DNA of 64,000 bases from an uncultured delta proteobacterium (GCA_963737265.1 CAVTRY010000022.1:362973-426972), one strand, 5' to 3'. Positions 41,451 to 52,329 are shown, numbered from the stretch's first letter. Numbers and translations: made by a program. The notes: a model not told the origin generated them from the sequence alone.

Positions 41451-42284
41451 GTGTCTCTGAAGGCAGTCGCACACATCTCTCAAGTCCGCGGCGGCTCGCA
41501 AGCGCGAATCATGCTGGCCGATGACGGCAGGAAATACGTGACCAAGCTCCAGGGCAACCCACAGTGCACAAGAGTGCTGGCCAATGACTACTTGGCCTGC
41601 AGACTGGCGCGGATGATCGGGCTCAGTGTGCCGGAGCCGGTCATTATTCTCGTGGACGAAGAGACGATCCTGGAGCAGCAAATTACCTTCACCCTGGCTG
41701 GCCGGGCGGTTGCTGCGCGTCCTGGGCTTCAATTTGGTTCTGCCCTGGTGTCCGGCGAGGTCTTGGACTGGCTGCCAGGGACAATGCTTGGGCGGGTCAG
41801 GAATTTGAGGGAGTTTGCCGGTATGCTGGCTTTCGACAAGTGGACCTGCAATGCCGATGGCCGGCAGGTCGTATTCCACAAGAAGCTGCAGCAGCGAAAA
41901 TACGACGCGGCGTTCATCGACTTTGGATACTGCTTCAATGCGGGCGAGTGGAGTTTCCCCGACGCGCCGCTGCGGGGAGTGTACGGGCTCAATGATGTCT
42001 ATGAGCGGATCGAATCGTGGGACGACTTTGCTCCGTGGTTGTCGCGGATCGAGCGATTCTCCGAGCGGCAACTGCACAGCATTGCGGACGAGATCCCATG
42101 CGAGTGGTATGGCGAACGCTCCGATCTGCAACGCTTGCTGGATTGCTTGTTGGAGCGACGCAGCATAGTCCGTCAGCTAATCGAAGACTTCAGGACTTCC
42201 AGCAGAAATCCTTTTCCGAATTGGACCATGGAACGGTCGACACCTTGCGCGACCGAAGCCAGGGGAGAGCCGCTTGCGGTGTGA
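41451..42284 (+). CDS. HipA-like Ser/Thr kinase
   Basis: RGGSQA...ADDG.KYVTK, LANDYLA..LA..IGL.VP, FDKWTCNADGRQ, IDFGYCF. Confidence 0.85.
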   Translation: MSLKAVAHISQVRGGSQARIMLADDGRKYVTKLQGNPQCTRVLANDYLACRLARMIGLSVPEPVIILVDEETILEQQITFTLAGRAVAARPGLQFGSALVSGEVLDWLPGTMLGRVRNLREFAGMLAFDKWTCNADGRQVVFHKKLQQRKYDAAFIDFGYCFNAGEWSFPDAPLRGVYGLNDVYERIESWDDFAPWLSRIERFSERQLHSIADEIPCEWYGERSDLQRLLDCLLERRSIVRQLIEDFRTSSRNPFPNWTMERSTPCATEARGEPLAV

Positions 42285-42337
42285 GATCCGCCCATCTTCA
42301 GCAAACCCTCGATAAGTCTCACGCCGTGGAGGAAGAA

Positions 42338-43388
42338 ATGAGAAATGCTGGTCGCCTCAAACTCGGTTACTATCCCTTGCCGGTAGAGGAAGCCCAAAAC
42401 ATCCGCGCCTTGCTGATGTCCTCTGCGCCGTATTCGGCCATCGATCCCTGCGTCGGTGACGGTACGGCACTTGCTTGAGATCACCAAGGATACCGGCGCC
42501 CACCTGGCCGGCATAGAACTCGATGCAGACAGGGCTGCAGCAGCCGCCGAGAAGGGAATTGCGACCGTCCAAGGCAGCGCGTTTGAGTGCCGGGTGCTGG
42601 CGGAAACCTGTTCGCTCCTGTATCTGAATCCGCCCTATGACAGCGAGTTTGGGCCGCACAGTAATAAGAGGATGGAGTTGGTGTTCCTGGAACACTGCTA
42701 TCGCTGGGTGACCAGCGAGGGCGTGCTGGTGTTCGTTGTTCCGGCTCCCGCAGTCGGAACGTGCGCACGTCTATTGGCGAGCCAGTTCGATCGGCTTTGC
42801 GTCTTTCGACTCGAACATCCGGAGTCCGTCCGTTTTAACCAGGTCGTGGTGTTTGGCAGACGAAAGAAAGCGCATCTGCGCGGCGAACCCAAGGGAGCAG
42901 ATGAGTTGCTCCGGATTGCATACAAGCCACATCTGCTTCCTGTGCTCAACCAAGAGGTTGTGGAGCGGTATGCGATCCCACCGTCATCGCCCGCGACGAT
43001 CACTTACACGGGACTACCTTTGGATGAGATTGAGGATGCGCTGCAGCGCTCTGTGGCGATGCAGAATGCCCGCGGCATTCTCGTTCGCAAGCAGCAGAAA
43101 ATGAGTGGCCGGCCAGTGACGCCGTTGCACAAAGGCCACGTTGGCCTATTGGCCTGCAGCGGCATGCTCAACGGCTTCTTCGGGGAAGGCGAGACGCGCC
43201 ACATCGCACACTGGCGATCGGTCAAGTATGTGGACGAGTTCAACGAGGAAGGTGAAGCCGAGGGGGAGACCATCATTCGCAAACGCGAACGGTTCAGCCA
43301 TGAGCTGACCCTCGCCTATGAGAGTGGCCAGATCATCGAGTTGAAGGAGACCAAGGAGGCCAAGCCCAGCGATGAAGAACGCTCATGA
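42338..43388 (+). CDS. DUF6094-type amino-methyltransferase (frameshift ~42470)
   Basis: KLGYYP, DPCVGDG (motif I), GIELD, LYLNPPY (motif IV), QVVVFG. Confidence 0.85.
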
Positions 43389-44007
43389 ACGTTTCGGCAA
43401 ACTCGTTTATCGGCGACGCACAGAAAAGACGGCAACCAACCTTCGCGTCTTCCTGGATGCCTTTGTGGGTGAGGACCGAGGCAAAGCCCACTTGGTATCT
43501 GTGGTTGGCGGCGATGTTGAGATCGGCGCCTTGGCAGCCGCCTTTGCCAACGGTGACTCATTTACCGTGGTCGATCCTTACGGTGAAGAGAGTATCGTCT
43601 CGCTGGGAGAGAAGCCGCTGTGCTTCCGAGGTTCGATCGTGGTCCATGGCCGGAAGCGGCCGCTGAGACATCTTGTGAGCTGCTCGCAGGAATTGGCGGA
43701 CGCCACCTCCGATGGGAAACTGCTTCTGATCAGCGACGACCAATCCTTCATCTGGTCTTCGCTGGTGCGGCACTACGGCCTGCCCGCCACGCCGGAATGG
43801 GGGCCGTGGATGATCTCGCAGATGCACCAGCAAAAGCGTATTCAGCCACTTCCCGCGTTTGGATATGCCGGAGTGGCCGTCAAGGTCAAGCGAAAAGAGT
43901 TATTGGCGATGCTTCGGAAGGGGCTGCGCAGCAATCGGCTCGCGTTTCCTGCCCAAAATGGGGCCGTCGAATGGCCCGAAATCCAGCTCATCAAAAAGAC
44001 TGCCTGA
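43372..44007 (+). CDS. hypothetical protein of ICE methylase-helicase module
   Basis: 211 aa overlapping methylase stop; GLPATPEW motif. Confidence 0.6.
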   Translation: MKNAHERFGKLVYRRRTEKTATNLRVFLDAFVGEDRGKAHLVSVVGGDVEIGALAAAFANGDSFTVVDPYGEESIVSLGEKPLCFRGSIVVHGRKRPLRHLVSCSQELADATSDGKLLLISDDQSFIWSSLVRHYGLPATPEWGPWMISQMHQQKRIQPLPAFGYAGVAVKVKRKELLAMLRKGLRSNRLAFPAQNGAVEWPEIQLIKKTA

Positions 44008-44111
44008 TTCCCGCCGGAAAAGCCGCATCCGCGGACGGCCGCGCAGAAACGACCACTCACGGATGTACTACACACCCAAATTCTGAAAGGTTCTGGGAGG
44101 ACCTGCAATCC

Positions 44112-44654
44112 ATGGCGCTCTTACATACAGGCGACCGCATTTGTGCGTCGTGCGGAGGCATGAACGGCCGTCACCGGGCAGCGTGCTCCGGCGACGAATC
44201 TATCGACGTACTCAACGTCTACAGCCGCCGGCAAGCGATAGACGATGGCATTCTGGTCGATTGCGACCAAGCTCCAATGGGCGAGATGCGCCGCCAGCTT
44301 ATGAAGTGGCCGCTGGCGATGACCGCCACCGCATTTCACCGATACGTGTGGCCAATAGATGAGGAGGCGAACCTGCCGCCAGGCCAGAGCTTGGAAGGCC
44401 GCTTCTGGGATGTGGTTTGGATGTTCCATGCGGCCGCCAAGGGTGCAGTCCCGGCCCAGCGCATTGACCCGTGCAACCTGCTGTTCGACTTCTACTGCAT
44501 CGTTGCTGATCCGGCACTGTCGTCAAACGAGATGATCGACGCGACTGCCAGGAGCGGGCCAGAGAGGATGCGGCTCGTAACGCTGAAGGCGGTTTCTGGG
44601 CCTGGCGATGACGGCGAACCCGTGCTGACGTTCATGTTGCCGGAGGAAGATTGA
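44112..44654 (+). CDS. DUF6573-like protein
   Basis: YSRRQAIDDGILVD...GQSLEGRFWDV...GPGDDGEPVLTFMLPEED. Confidence 0.7.
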   Translation: MALLHTGDRICASCGGMNGRHRAACSGDESIDVLNVYSRRQAIDDGILVDCDQAPMGEMRRQLMKWPLAMTATAFHRYVWPIDEEANLPPGQSLEGRFWDVVWMFHAAAKGAVPAQRIDPCNLLFDFYCIVADPALSSNEMIDATARSGPERMRLVTLKAVSGPGDDGEPVLTFMLPEED

Positions 44655-44718
44655 CGGGCACGAGTCGCTGAGTCGAAGTGGCGGAACTAGGGGGAGATCA
44701 AACTTAGACGAGACCCGT

Positions 44719-45573
44719 TTAGATCTTGTTGGGCCATATATCGCCATGATTCTTTCGTGCAGCCTCGTACCGACCTTCGTAACACAGCCCCATTGAATCT
44801 TTCAGCGTAACGGTAAGCGGGGCGTTTTGCGCGTCCGACATTCTTATTCCCTCCATCAAGAAATGCAGCCATCCTTCCTCTGGGATCGTGTATTGAAGGG
44901 ACTTTCGTTCCAACTCGTTCAGAGCTTCTCGTCTCGACTCAGACTCAACATTTCCAAACGTGTCCAAAATTGGCTCGTCGTTGTCCGTGTGATATGTGCC
45001 GAGGCTGTTAGGCAACCACTTGGCCGACTCAGTCTTGCCGTCCTTTGTTGAAACCTGAAGAGAGTAACCGTGGAGTCCTCTTTGGTGTAAGAAACTGCTA
45101 ACAAGCCGCACAGAAACAAAAAAATCCACTGCTAGGCTCGGATCGTCGATTGTCCCCTCGCGCATAGCTTTACTCAAGCCACCGACTAAACGTGGGTGTA
45201 TGTGACAGTCTTTCACCCGCACGGCGATGCATGCCTGCTCCTCTGCTGCTCGGAGTTCGGTATTTAGGTCGGCAATCGTCTTCTCAAGAGCTTCGCTCTC
45301 TTTTTGTCTCTTTCGGTCAAGATCTAGCGGCGAGCGAAAGAGGTAAAATACCGCAAACACGCCAAGCAGGCCTATGTAAGGCCACACAATTGCCCATAGG
45401 TTAGATCGTATTTCTCCCGGTTTAATAACCCCGTATCGAATCTGGAAGAACAGGATTCCGCCGGACAGCACAAGGCCGATCACTTGCGCACGTCCCGCGC
45501 CAACAAGATCGCGCCACCACTGCCGCACCCAACGAGTGTAGAAGTCTCTGCGGCTACTTTGTTTGCCTTCCAT
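44719..45573 (-). CDS. hypothetical membrane protein (2 TM + coiled coil + beta domain), cargo
   Basis: Antisense ORF, AT-richer, two TM helices then LDRKRQKESEALEKTIADL coil. Confidence 0.6.
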   Translation of the reverse strand: MEGKQSSRRDFYTRWVRQWWRDLVGAGRAQVIGLVLSGGILFFQIRYGVIKPGEIRSNLWAIVWPYIGLLGVFAVFYLFRSPLDLDRKRQKESEALEKTIADLNTELRAAEEQACIAVRVKDCHIHPRLVGGLSKAMREGTIDDPSLAVDFFVSVRLVSSFLHQRGLHGYSLQVSTKDGKTESAKWLPNSLGTYHTDNDEPILDTFGNVESESRREALNELERKSLQYTIPEEGWLHFLMEGIRMSDAQNAPLTVTLKDSMGLCYEGRYEAARKNHGDIWPNKI

Positions 45574-45702
45574 ATAACATGGGCCTCGGTAAGGATTGTA
45601 CTTAATGGCAAAAGGACTGTGTTCCGCCTTGATACGTGAGCAGTTCAGGCAAAGTAGGGCGCTGCCGAACAGCGCGACGGAGACGGCGATCAATCTCCCA
45701 AA

Positions 45703-45942
45703 TCAGCCCTGGCGCGGCAGTTGCCGGAATGACTCCAGATGCCAAAGGCCATCAGGCGTGGATGTCTCCCGGCGCAGGATGTAGAGATTGCCGTCATCTG
45801 CACGGACTTTGTAAAAGACATCTGACGGACCGTACCACTGGTCGAGCACTTCCTCGACCATGTACTCATGCCCGTCCAGACGAAAGCGAAGAGGCCTTTC
45901 GTCCGCCGCCCGCCCGGAATAGCAATCCACTTCCAGCTTCAT
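45703..45942 (-). CDS. small conserved hypothetical protein
   Basis: MKLEVDCYSG..DERP.RF...EVLDQWYGP...KVRADDGNLYILR pattern. Confidence 0.7.
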   Translation of the reverse strand: MKLEVDCYSGRAADERPLRFRLDGHEYMVEEVLDQWYGPSDVFYKVRADDGNLYILRRETSTPDGLWHLESFRQLPRQG

Positions 45943-46012
45943 CCCCACCATTCTGACGCATAGGCGATAGACCTGCCACATACGCGTTCACACCTCCTGT
46001 CCGGAGAACTCC

Positions 46013-48295
46013 ATGCAGAGCCTAGATACGATTCACGACTACTTGAGGACACACTCAGACGAAATCGGAAAAAGAATTTTGTCATCTTACCCAGCCCTGC
46101 ACGGTGCCGACGAAGCCCCTTCTCCGTTGCTTTCCGCGATGGTGCGTGTTCCATATCCGGCGCAAACCTTGGCGATTATGGGCGTGAGCAAGCGTTGGCA
46201 GTTGGCAAGCAACGCAAACGTTGTCGCTGAGTGCGGCTCTGGCAAGACGCTGATCGCACTCGGGAGCATGCTGGTTCACAGCGCTGGAAGACCGTTTTCG
46301 GGTTTGGTCATGGCCCCACCGCACCTGGTGGAGAAATGGGCGCGGGAAACCTTCTTAACACTGGCTCAGGTGCGCGTATTCCTCATCGATGACATGCGTA
46401 ACGGTGGCGATCCGACACAGCCGCACGGCATCAACGAGGTCCGGCTGCGCCGCGGTGAAATCGTGCGCGAGGGGCTGCACACCTCCCTGGCTGAATTGCG
46501 GCGTCTGGGGCGTAAAGGCTGGCGCAAACTTTGCCCCGGAACCACGATCTTCTGCATTGGACGAGAGAAAGCAAAGCTGTCGTATTTCTGGAAGCACTGT
46601 TACGGCAAAAGCCGCTCCGGACGGTATCTTGGCTCCCTCACAAACCCGGACACCGGCTGTCCTGTCGAGACGGATGGAGTGCGGCTGAGCGCGCTTGATT
46701 TCGAGAAGAAGCGCCTGCACCAGATCGTGGAAGACTCGAACGCGGGCAAGACCAAGTACTCTGCGCTCTGGCAAGCCGACGGCAACAAGATTGTGCGCAT
46801 GGCACCAGCGGAATACATGGGACGCTTCATGCCGGAATGGTGGGACTACGCCATTGCGGATGAGATTCACCAACTGGCTGGCGACACGGCCCAGGGGAAT
46901 GCCCTTGGCGTGCTCAACAAAACGGCAAGACGGTTCCTCGGACTCACGGGGACCCTGCTTTCTGGCTATGCGGATGATCTGTTCAACACCCTGTTCCGCA
47001 CCGATGCCAAGCGCATGACCGAGGACGGCTACGAATGGGGTTCGGCCGGACGGGAGCGATTCACCCGCGACTTCGGGGTGATCGAGACCATTGAGCGCAT
47101 CACAGTCGAAGACAACGCCTGCTCAAAGAAAACCAAAAAGACGGTCACCATCAAACGGAAGCCCGGTGCTTCACCCCTGCTGTTCGGCAAATATCTGATG
47201 GACCACTGCGCATTCATCGGCCTAGAGGACATCTCGGACGGGCTGCCGAGCTACCGGGAGGAGGTCGTGCCGGTGGCGATGGAGGAGCCAGTGAAGACGG
47301 CTTATGAGGAGCTCGAAGAGGAGATCACTGCCTGCCTGAAGGAGCATCGCGGAAACTGCAGTGTGGCGAGTACCATGCTGAACGCTCTACTGGCGTGGCC
47401 GGACCATCCGTACGGATTCGGCACGCTGTACGGGTCTGAGTTCGACCCAGAAACCAAGTGTCGCGAAAGCTTCGTTATCGCCGAGACGGTCGATTTGGAC
47501 CCGAGCCGGGCATACGCGAAAGAGCGGGCGCTGATCGAGGAAGTCAAGGCGCAACTGGCCCGCGGCCGCAAGTGCCAGGTATTTGCGGTTTACACCAACA
47601 AACACGATGTTATCGAACGGCTGGAGGGGTTGTTTCGGACCGAGGGAATACGGGCAGCCACATTGCGGGCCAGCGTTCCCACGCACAGGCGGGAAGCCTG
47701 GTACCGGGAACAGCTGCGCCGTGGAATCGATGTCGCGATCTGCCATCCCAAGATCGTCGAGACCGGGCTGGATCTCCTGGACTTTCCAACCATACTGTTT
47801 CATGAAACGGGCTATTCATTGCACACGCTTCGTCAATCCAGCCGGAGGTCATGGCGCATTGGACAGAGACGGCCAGTCGAGGTGAAGTTCTTTGCCTATG
47901 CAGGAACCATGCAGGAGGTCTGCCTCCGGCTGATGGGTAAGAAGCTGCTTGTTGCGTTAGCGATGGAGGGCAAATTTGCCTCCGAAGGCCTGCAGGCTAT
48001 CGACGGCGATGACGACATGCTCACGGCGATGGCGCGTGAGTTGGTTGAGAACAAGGGGATTGGGGAGTCTGCCGATTCAATCTGGCGAAATGTCCAGCAG
48101 CTACGGCCCTCGTCGGCGTCACCCGTGCATGAAGAACCAGAGGATAGGCAATTTGAACACGTGGAAGTCGAGATGCCTGCGATGCTGCCGTTGTCGATCG
48201 AGTCGGTTCCGGGTGCAGCCTTCTTGGATGCTGAAAGTTCATCGCGCCGTTCCCCGCGCAGAGATACACCTGCCAATCAGCTGTCGCTCTTCTGA
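46013..48295 (+). CDS. SF2 (SNF2-like) helicase of ICE methylase-helicase module
   Basis: AECGSGKT, PPHLVEKW.RE, IADEIH, LTGTL, ETGLDL, RQSSRRSWRIGQ. Confidence 0.9.
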   Translation: MQSLDTIHDYLRTHSDEIGKRILSSYPALHGADEAPSPLLSAMVRVPYPAQTLAIMGVSKRWQLASNANVVAECGSGKTLIALGSMLVHSAGRPFSGLVMAPPHLVEKWARETFLTLAQVRVFLIDDMRNGGDPTQPHGINEVRLRRGEIVREGLHTSLAELRRLGRKGWRKLCPGTTIFCIGREKAKLSYFWKHCYGKSRSGRYLGSLTNPDTGCPVETDGVRLSALDFEKKRLHQIVEDSNAGKTKYSALWQADGNKIVRMAPAEYMGRFMPEWWDYAIADEIHQLAGDTAQGNALGVLNKTARRFLGLTGTLLSGYADDLFNTLFRTDAKRMTEDGYEWGSAGRERFTRDFGVIETIERITVEDNACSKKTKKTVTIKRKPGASPLLFGKYLMDHCAFIGLEDISDGLPSYREEVVPVAMEEPVKTAYEELEEEITACLKEHRGNCSVASTMLNALLAWPDHPYGFGTLYGSEFDPETKCRESFVIAETVDLDPSRAYAKERALIEEVKAQLARGRKCQVFAVYTNKHDVIERLEGLFRTEGIRAATLRASVPTHRREAWYREQLRRGIDVAICHPKIVETGLDLLDFPTILFHETGYSLHTLRQSSRRSWRIGQRRPVEVKFFAYAGTMQEVCLRLMGKKLLVALAMEGKFASEGLQAIDGDDDMLTAMARELVENKGIGESADSIWRNVQQLRPSSASPVHEEPEDRQFEHVEVEMPAMLPLSIESVPGAAFLDAESSSRRSPRRDTPANQLSLF

Positions 48296-48483
48296 CATGC
48301 CAACCGAAACCGCGGTTAAACGCCCATCGCGAACCTCTACTCATTGGCGGCTCGCTGTGCTTTCGCGATCACAATCTGTATACGGACTTGTCGGTATCGA
48401 TCTCGTGGCAGCTGTCTCGAAAGACTTGCTAGCAAGCTCATCGGTTTAGATCAGGACTAGAATGTTGTCATCGCGGAGACATC

Positions 48484-49910
48484 GTGTACCTCGCCAAGCT
48501 GACCATCGGAAACTTCCGCAAGCTTGAAAAGGTCGAGGTTTGCTTTCAGGCTGGACTCAATATCATCGTTGGTCCCAACAATGTCGGCAAGACAGCAGTT
48601 ATCGACGGACTGCGCGCCCTCCTGGGCGGCCAGGATGAGCCGATTCCGCGCTTATCTGTGGACGACGTGTACCGTCCGAAAGACCGCACGCCTGCCGCAG
48701 GAATCGAGTTCCATTATGAGTTCAAAGGTTTGGACCTGGACGACGAGGCTGACTTCCTATCGGCCCTCGTACCAAACGCCGAGGGTGCCCTGGAGGCGCA
48801 CATCCATGTTCGGTACTCCGATCCTGAGAAGACTTCGGGCAGGTTGCGCGTAAAGCGTTGGTGCGGTCCTCTGGAAGAGAACGTCCTTAGCGCTGAAATG
48901 ATGGAGAATTTGCGAGGAGTTTACCTCCCGCCCCTCCGCGATGCGTCGCTCGGCCTTCGGCCCAGCCGATCAAGCCAATTAGCGAGATTGATTCGCATTT
49001 TGGCAGACGATGCGGGGCGTCTCGGCATCAATCAGGCACTCAAGGAACTCGATGCTGAGCTGAGGAAGCATCGTCCGCTTGTAGACATTCAGATGGCGAT
49101 CTCCGGTCATCATGCAAAAATGCTCGGCGCCCAATTGGCGCAAGCCCTAGAAGTAGGACTGAGTGCGAGCGACTTCCAGCGGTTCTCCTCGCGACTCTCA
49201 CTTATGGTCGATTCCTTTGAAGTGGAACAAAACGGGTTAGGCTTCAACAACCTGATCTTCATGGCCGTGGTGCTCAGCGAGCTGGCCAAGAATCCTGAAT
49301 CGGCCTATCGAGGGCTGATCGTGGAAGAGCCGGAGGCGCATCTTCATCCACAGCTCCAGGCTGTGCTCCTCCAGTATCTCCAGACCATGAAGGCGGTAAA
49401 GAAAGGCCAGGAGCTGCCAGCTGGCGTCGAGCAGGAGCCTAAAGCAGGAGCAGTGGTTGATGGTCCCAGCGGAACGGTCACTGGAAAGACGGGGGAGGCG
49501 GATGGGACTGTTTCGCCAAGCGGTGCGACGAATGGTACACAACAAGAAGAAGCGCGCGCTTTGGAATCGACCGACCAACCTGTGCAAGTGTTCGTGACAA
49601 GCCACTCGCCCAATTTCGCAAGCATAGCGAAACTCGCGTCGCTCATTTGTCTCGTTGAAACGGCTGCCGGTGTGACCTGTTTCCTCCCAAGATCGGTCGT
49701 CTTCGGCAAGGGCAAGCTGGAAAAACTTGAACGCTACCTCGACGTGACACGTGCAGAGTTGTTCTTTGCACGACGAATTATCTTTGTTGAGGGAGCGGCC
49801 GAGTTGATGCTGGTCAGCGTGCTGGCGCGGAAGTGCGGATACAACCTGCGGGACTATGCCGTCAGCCTGATTAGCGTTGAAGGTTTGAACTTTGACTGTT
49901 TCCTCCCATT
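48484..49910 (+). CDS. OLD-family ATP-dependent nuclease (ABC ATPase + TOPRIM; GajA-like), 3' truncated at junction
   Basis: NFR..GLNIIVGPNNVGKT, NGLG, IVEEPEAHLHPQLQ, TSHSP, LFFARRIIFVEGAAE; TOPRIM DxD lost at junction. Confidence 0.9.
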
Positions 49911-50247
49911 TGCCGGCAGCATCCCGTACAGCTTCGAGACGTTGTAATCGCGTCCCCGATCATCGGGTAGTTCGGCGCCGTGCCCTGCGTCTCCTCGATG
50001 TCGTGCGCCCACTTCGCGTGCTTGCCGGTCGGGTCGACCGAGAGGCCGATGATCTTCACGTTCCGCCGATCGAACTCCGGCTTGATCTTGGCCATGTAGC
50101 CGAGCTCGGTCGTGCAGACCGGGGTGAAGTCCTTCGGGTGCGAGAAAGCACCGCCCAGGAGTCGCCGATCCAGTCGTGGAAGCTGATCCGGCCCTCGGTC
50201 GTCTCGGCTTCGAAGTCAGGCGCGGTGTCCCCAAGTGAGAGAGTCAT
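49911..50247 (-). pseudogene. 1-Cys peroxiredoxin (Prx6), 3' truncated and frameshifted
   Basis: MTLSLGDTAPDF...HDWIGDSW..SHPKDFTPVCTTELG...LSVD...NYPMIGD...LYGMLPA across frames; high GC. Confidence 0.9.
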
Positions 50248-50689
50248 ATTCTCCTCCGAGTCCTGTCATGAACTAGATACACGGTGCAGTCCAGCAGGCA
50301 CATACCCGTCCCTGGGGTACCGGTGACCAGCCTGTACTAATCCGGGACGTTACCCGGCGACAGGAACCGCAGTGGCCGGATCATCGACGGGGAGTGCCTG
50401 TTCTTCCAGGTAATAGCAGTGCCTCCCGCGGGGCCGCCGGAAGCGCCTACCGTGATGTCATGGACAACCGACACACGCGTGTACGGCCGCGACCCCGACC
50501 CCGGTTGCATTCTCGGCCTCTAGTGTGACGCCTGCAAGTACCTCTAACCCCGCCGCCTCGAAGTGGCCCTATCGTCGTTACTGCAAGCGGTGCGTTTTCG
50601 AGACACAAGGCTGCCCGGATGAGCGCTTGCCGACCACCCTTCTTCCTCATAGAGTTCTGATTTATTTTCTGATTGTACGAGGCGTCATT

Positions 50690-52283
50690 TTGGTAGGGCG
50701 CGAACCGTCTGAGCGACAGCAATTTCTGCTGGCAAACCTACCGCCATCACAGCGGCAGACCCGCTTGGCGGTCGGCATCGTTGTAGCCCTTATCGCCGCA
50801 TTCGGCCTAACGGCACCGTTTATAAACACTCAGCTACCGAGTGTGAACGCTACCATTCCAGCCATTGAAACCGCAATTTTAATCAATGACCTTATTACCT
50901 CGGCGTTGCTGCTTTCTCAATTCTCAATCACACGTCGCTGGGCACTTTTGGTGCTCGCAAGCGGTTATCTCTTTACAGCACTGATTGTCATTCCGCATGC
51001 GCTCATTTTTCCTGGCGCGTTCACGCCGACGGGCCTCCTCCGCGCCGGGTTGCAGAGTAGCGCATGGCTTTACACGTTCTGGCACGCAGGCTTACCACTG
51101 GCCGTGATTGTCTATGTGCTGCTGAGAGACGCGGATAGCGGCGACAAGCATGTCCGAGCGCTCGCTGGTAGTTGTGATCGGCTTGAGTGTCGCCGCCGTG
51201 ATCGGGATGGTGTGCGGTCTAACCTGGATCGCCACCGCCGGAGATTGGCTTCTGCCACGGATATTTCTTGACAGCGTTCACGCGGACCCAAGCCGCATTT
51301 GGCAAACCGGTGCAGTTGATTTGTCATTGACCGCCGGCGCCCTTGCGCTGCTGTGGCTTCGGCGGCGCTCCGTGCTCGATCTGTGGCTTATGGTCATGTG
51401 CTGTACTTGGTTACTCGAACTTGCGATGACCGCCGTCTTTCTCAGCACCCGTTTCAGTGTTGGCTGGTATGCAAGCCGGATTTATACGCTCACCGCCTCA
51501 ATTGTCGTCTTGCTCGTACTGCTTTCCGAGACGACAGCACTCTATGCAAACCTCGCACGGTCGGTCATGAGGCAGCGCGGCGAACGCCAGGAGCGGCAGA
51601 TTGCGATGGACGCAATGGCGGCTTCAATCGCTCACGAGATCAATCAGCCTTTGGCAGCCATGGTTACTAACGCCAATGCGGCCGTCCGCTGGTTGACGAG
51701 CGCGACACCGGACCTGGATGAGGCGCGTGGCGCTCTGGGGCGCATTGTCGACGACGGTCACCGAGCGAGCGAAGTAATTGGCGGCATTCGATCGATGTTC
51801 AAGAAGGGCGCTCACGGGAGACTATTGCTCGAGATTAACGACCTCGTTCGCGAGGTCCTCACAATGGTTGAGCTTGATTTACGGAATCACCGAGTATCGG
51901 TCACGACTGATTTGCGCGATGGCCTCCCGCGATTGCTTGCCGATCGAGGCCAATTGCAGCAAGTATTTTATAATTTGATTGTGAACGCGATTGAAGCGAT
52001 GGGCTCCGTCACCGATCGGGCGCGCGTGTTGCGGATTAGCTCCGAAATCATTCACGAGCCTTCCGGGATTGCGGTCGCCGTTGAGGATTCTGGTACCGGA
52101 ATAAAGGATGATGACAAGGACCGTATCTTTGAGCCGTTCTTTACAAGAAAGTCTACTGGAACCGGAATAGGACTTACCATCTGTCGGTCGATCATCGAGT
52201 CCCATGGTGGGAGCCTTCGGGTATCTGCCAGCAAGCCTTACGGGACGATCTTTCAGGCCACTTTGCCGAGCGGCGACGTATAA
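50690..52283 (+). CDS. MASE4-type membrane sensor histidine kinase (frameshift ~51145)
   Basis: PHALIFPGAF..GL...LQSSAWLY.FWH membrane domain; IAHEINQPL H-box, NLIVNAIEA, VEDSGTG, FEPFFT, GIGL. Confidence 0.88.
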
Positions 52284-52329
52284 AAAAGACAGCCGCAGTC
52301 TCAGTCACACAACGCGCCCGGTCCATGAC

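Larger units (their letters stand above)
22727..49910 (+). mobile_element. conjugative element (ICE/plasmid) segment, acidobacterial type; both ends cut by junctions
   Basis: VirB4, VirB6 fragment, VirB9-like, VirD4, relaxase, primase, SSB, annealase, methylase and helicase co-oriented; no integrase or att site visible. Confidence 0.85.

Noticed and set aside
48484-49947. Complete Gabija system
   Set aside because: Nuclease is truncated at ~49910 and no UvrD partner is visible; the last codons of the ORF are antisense peroxiredoxin.
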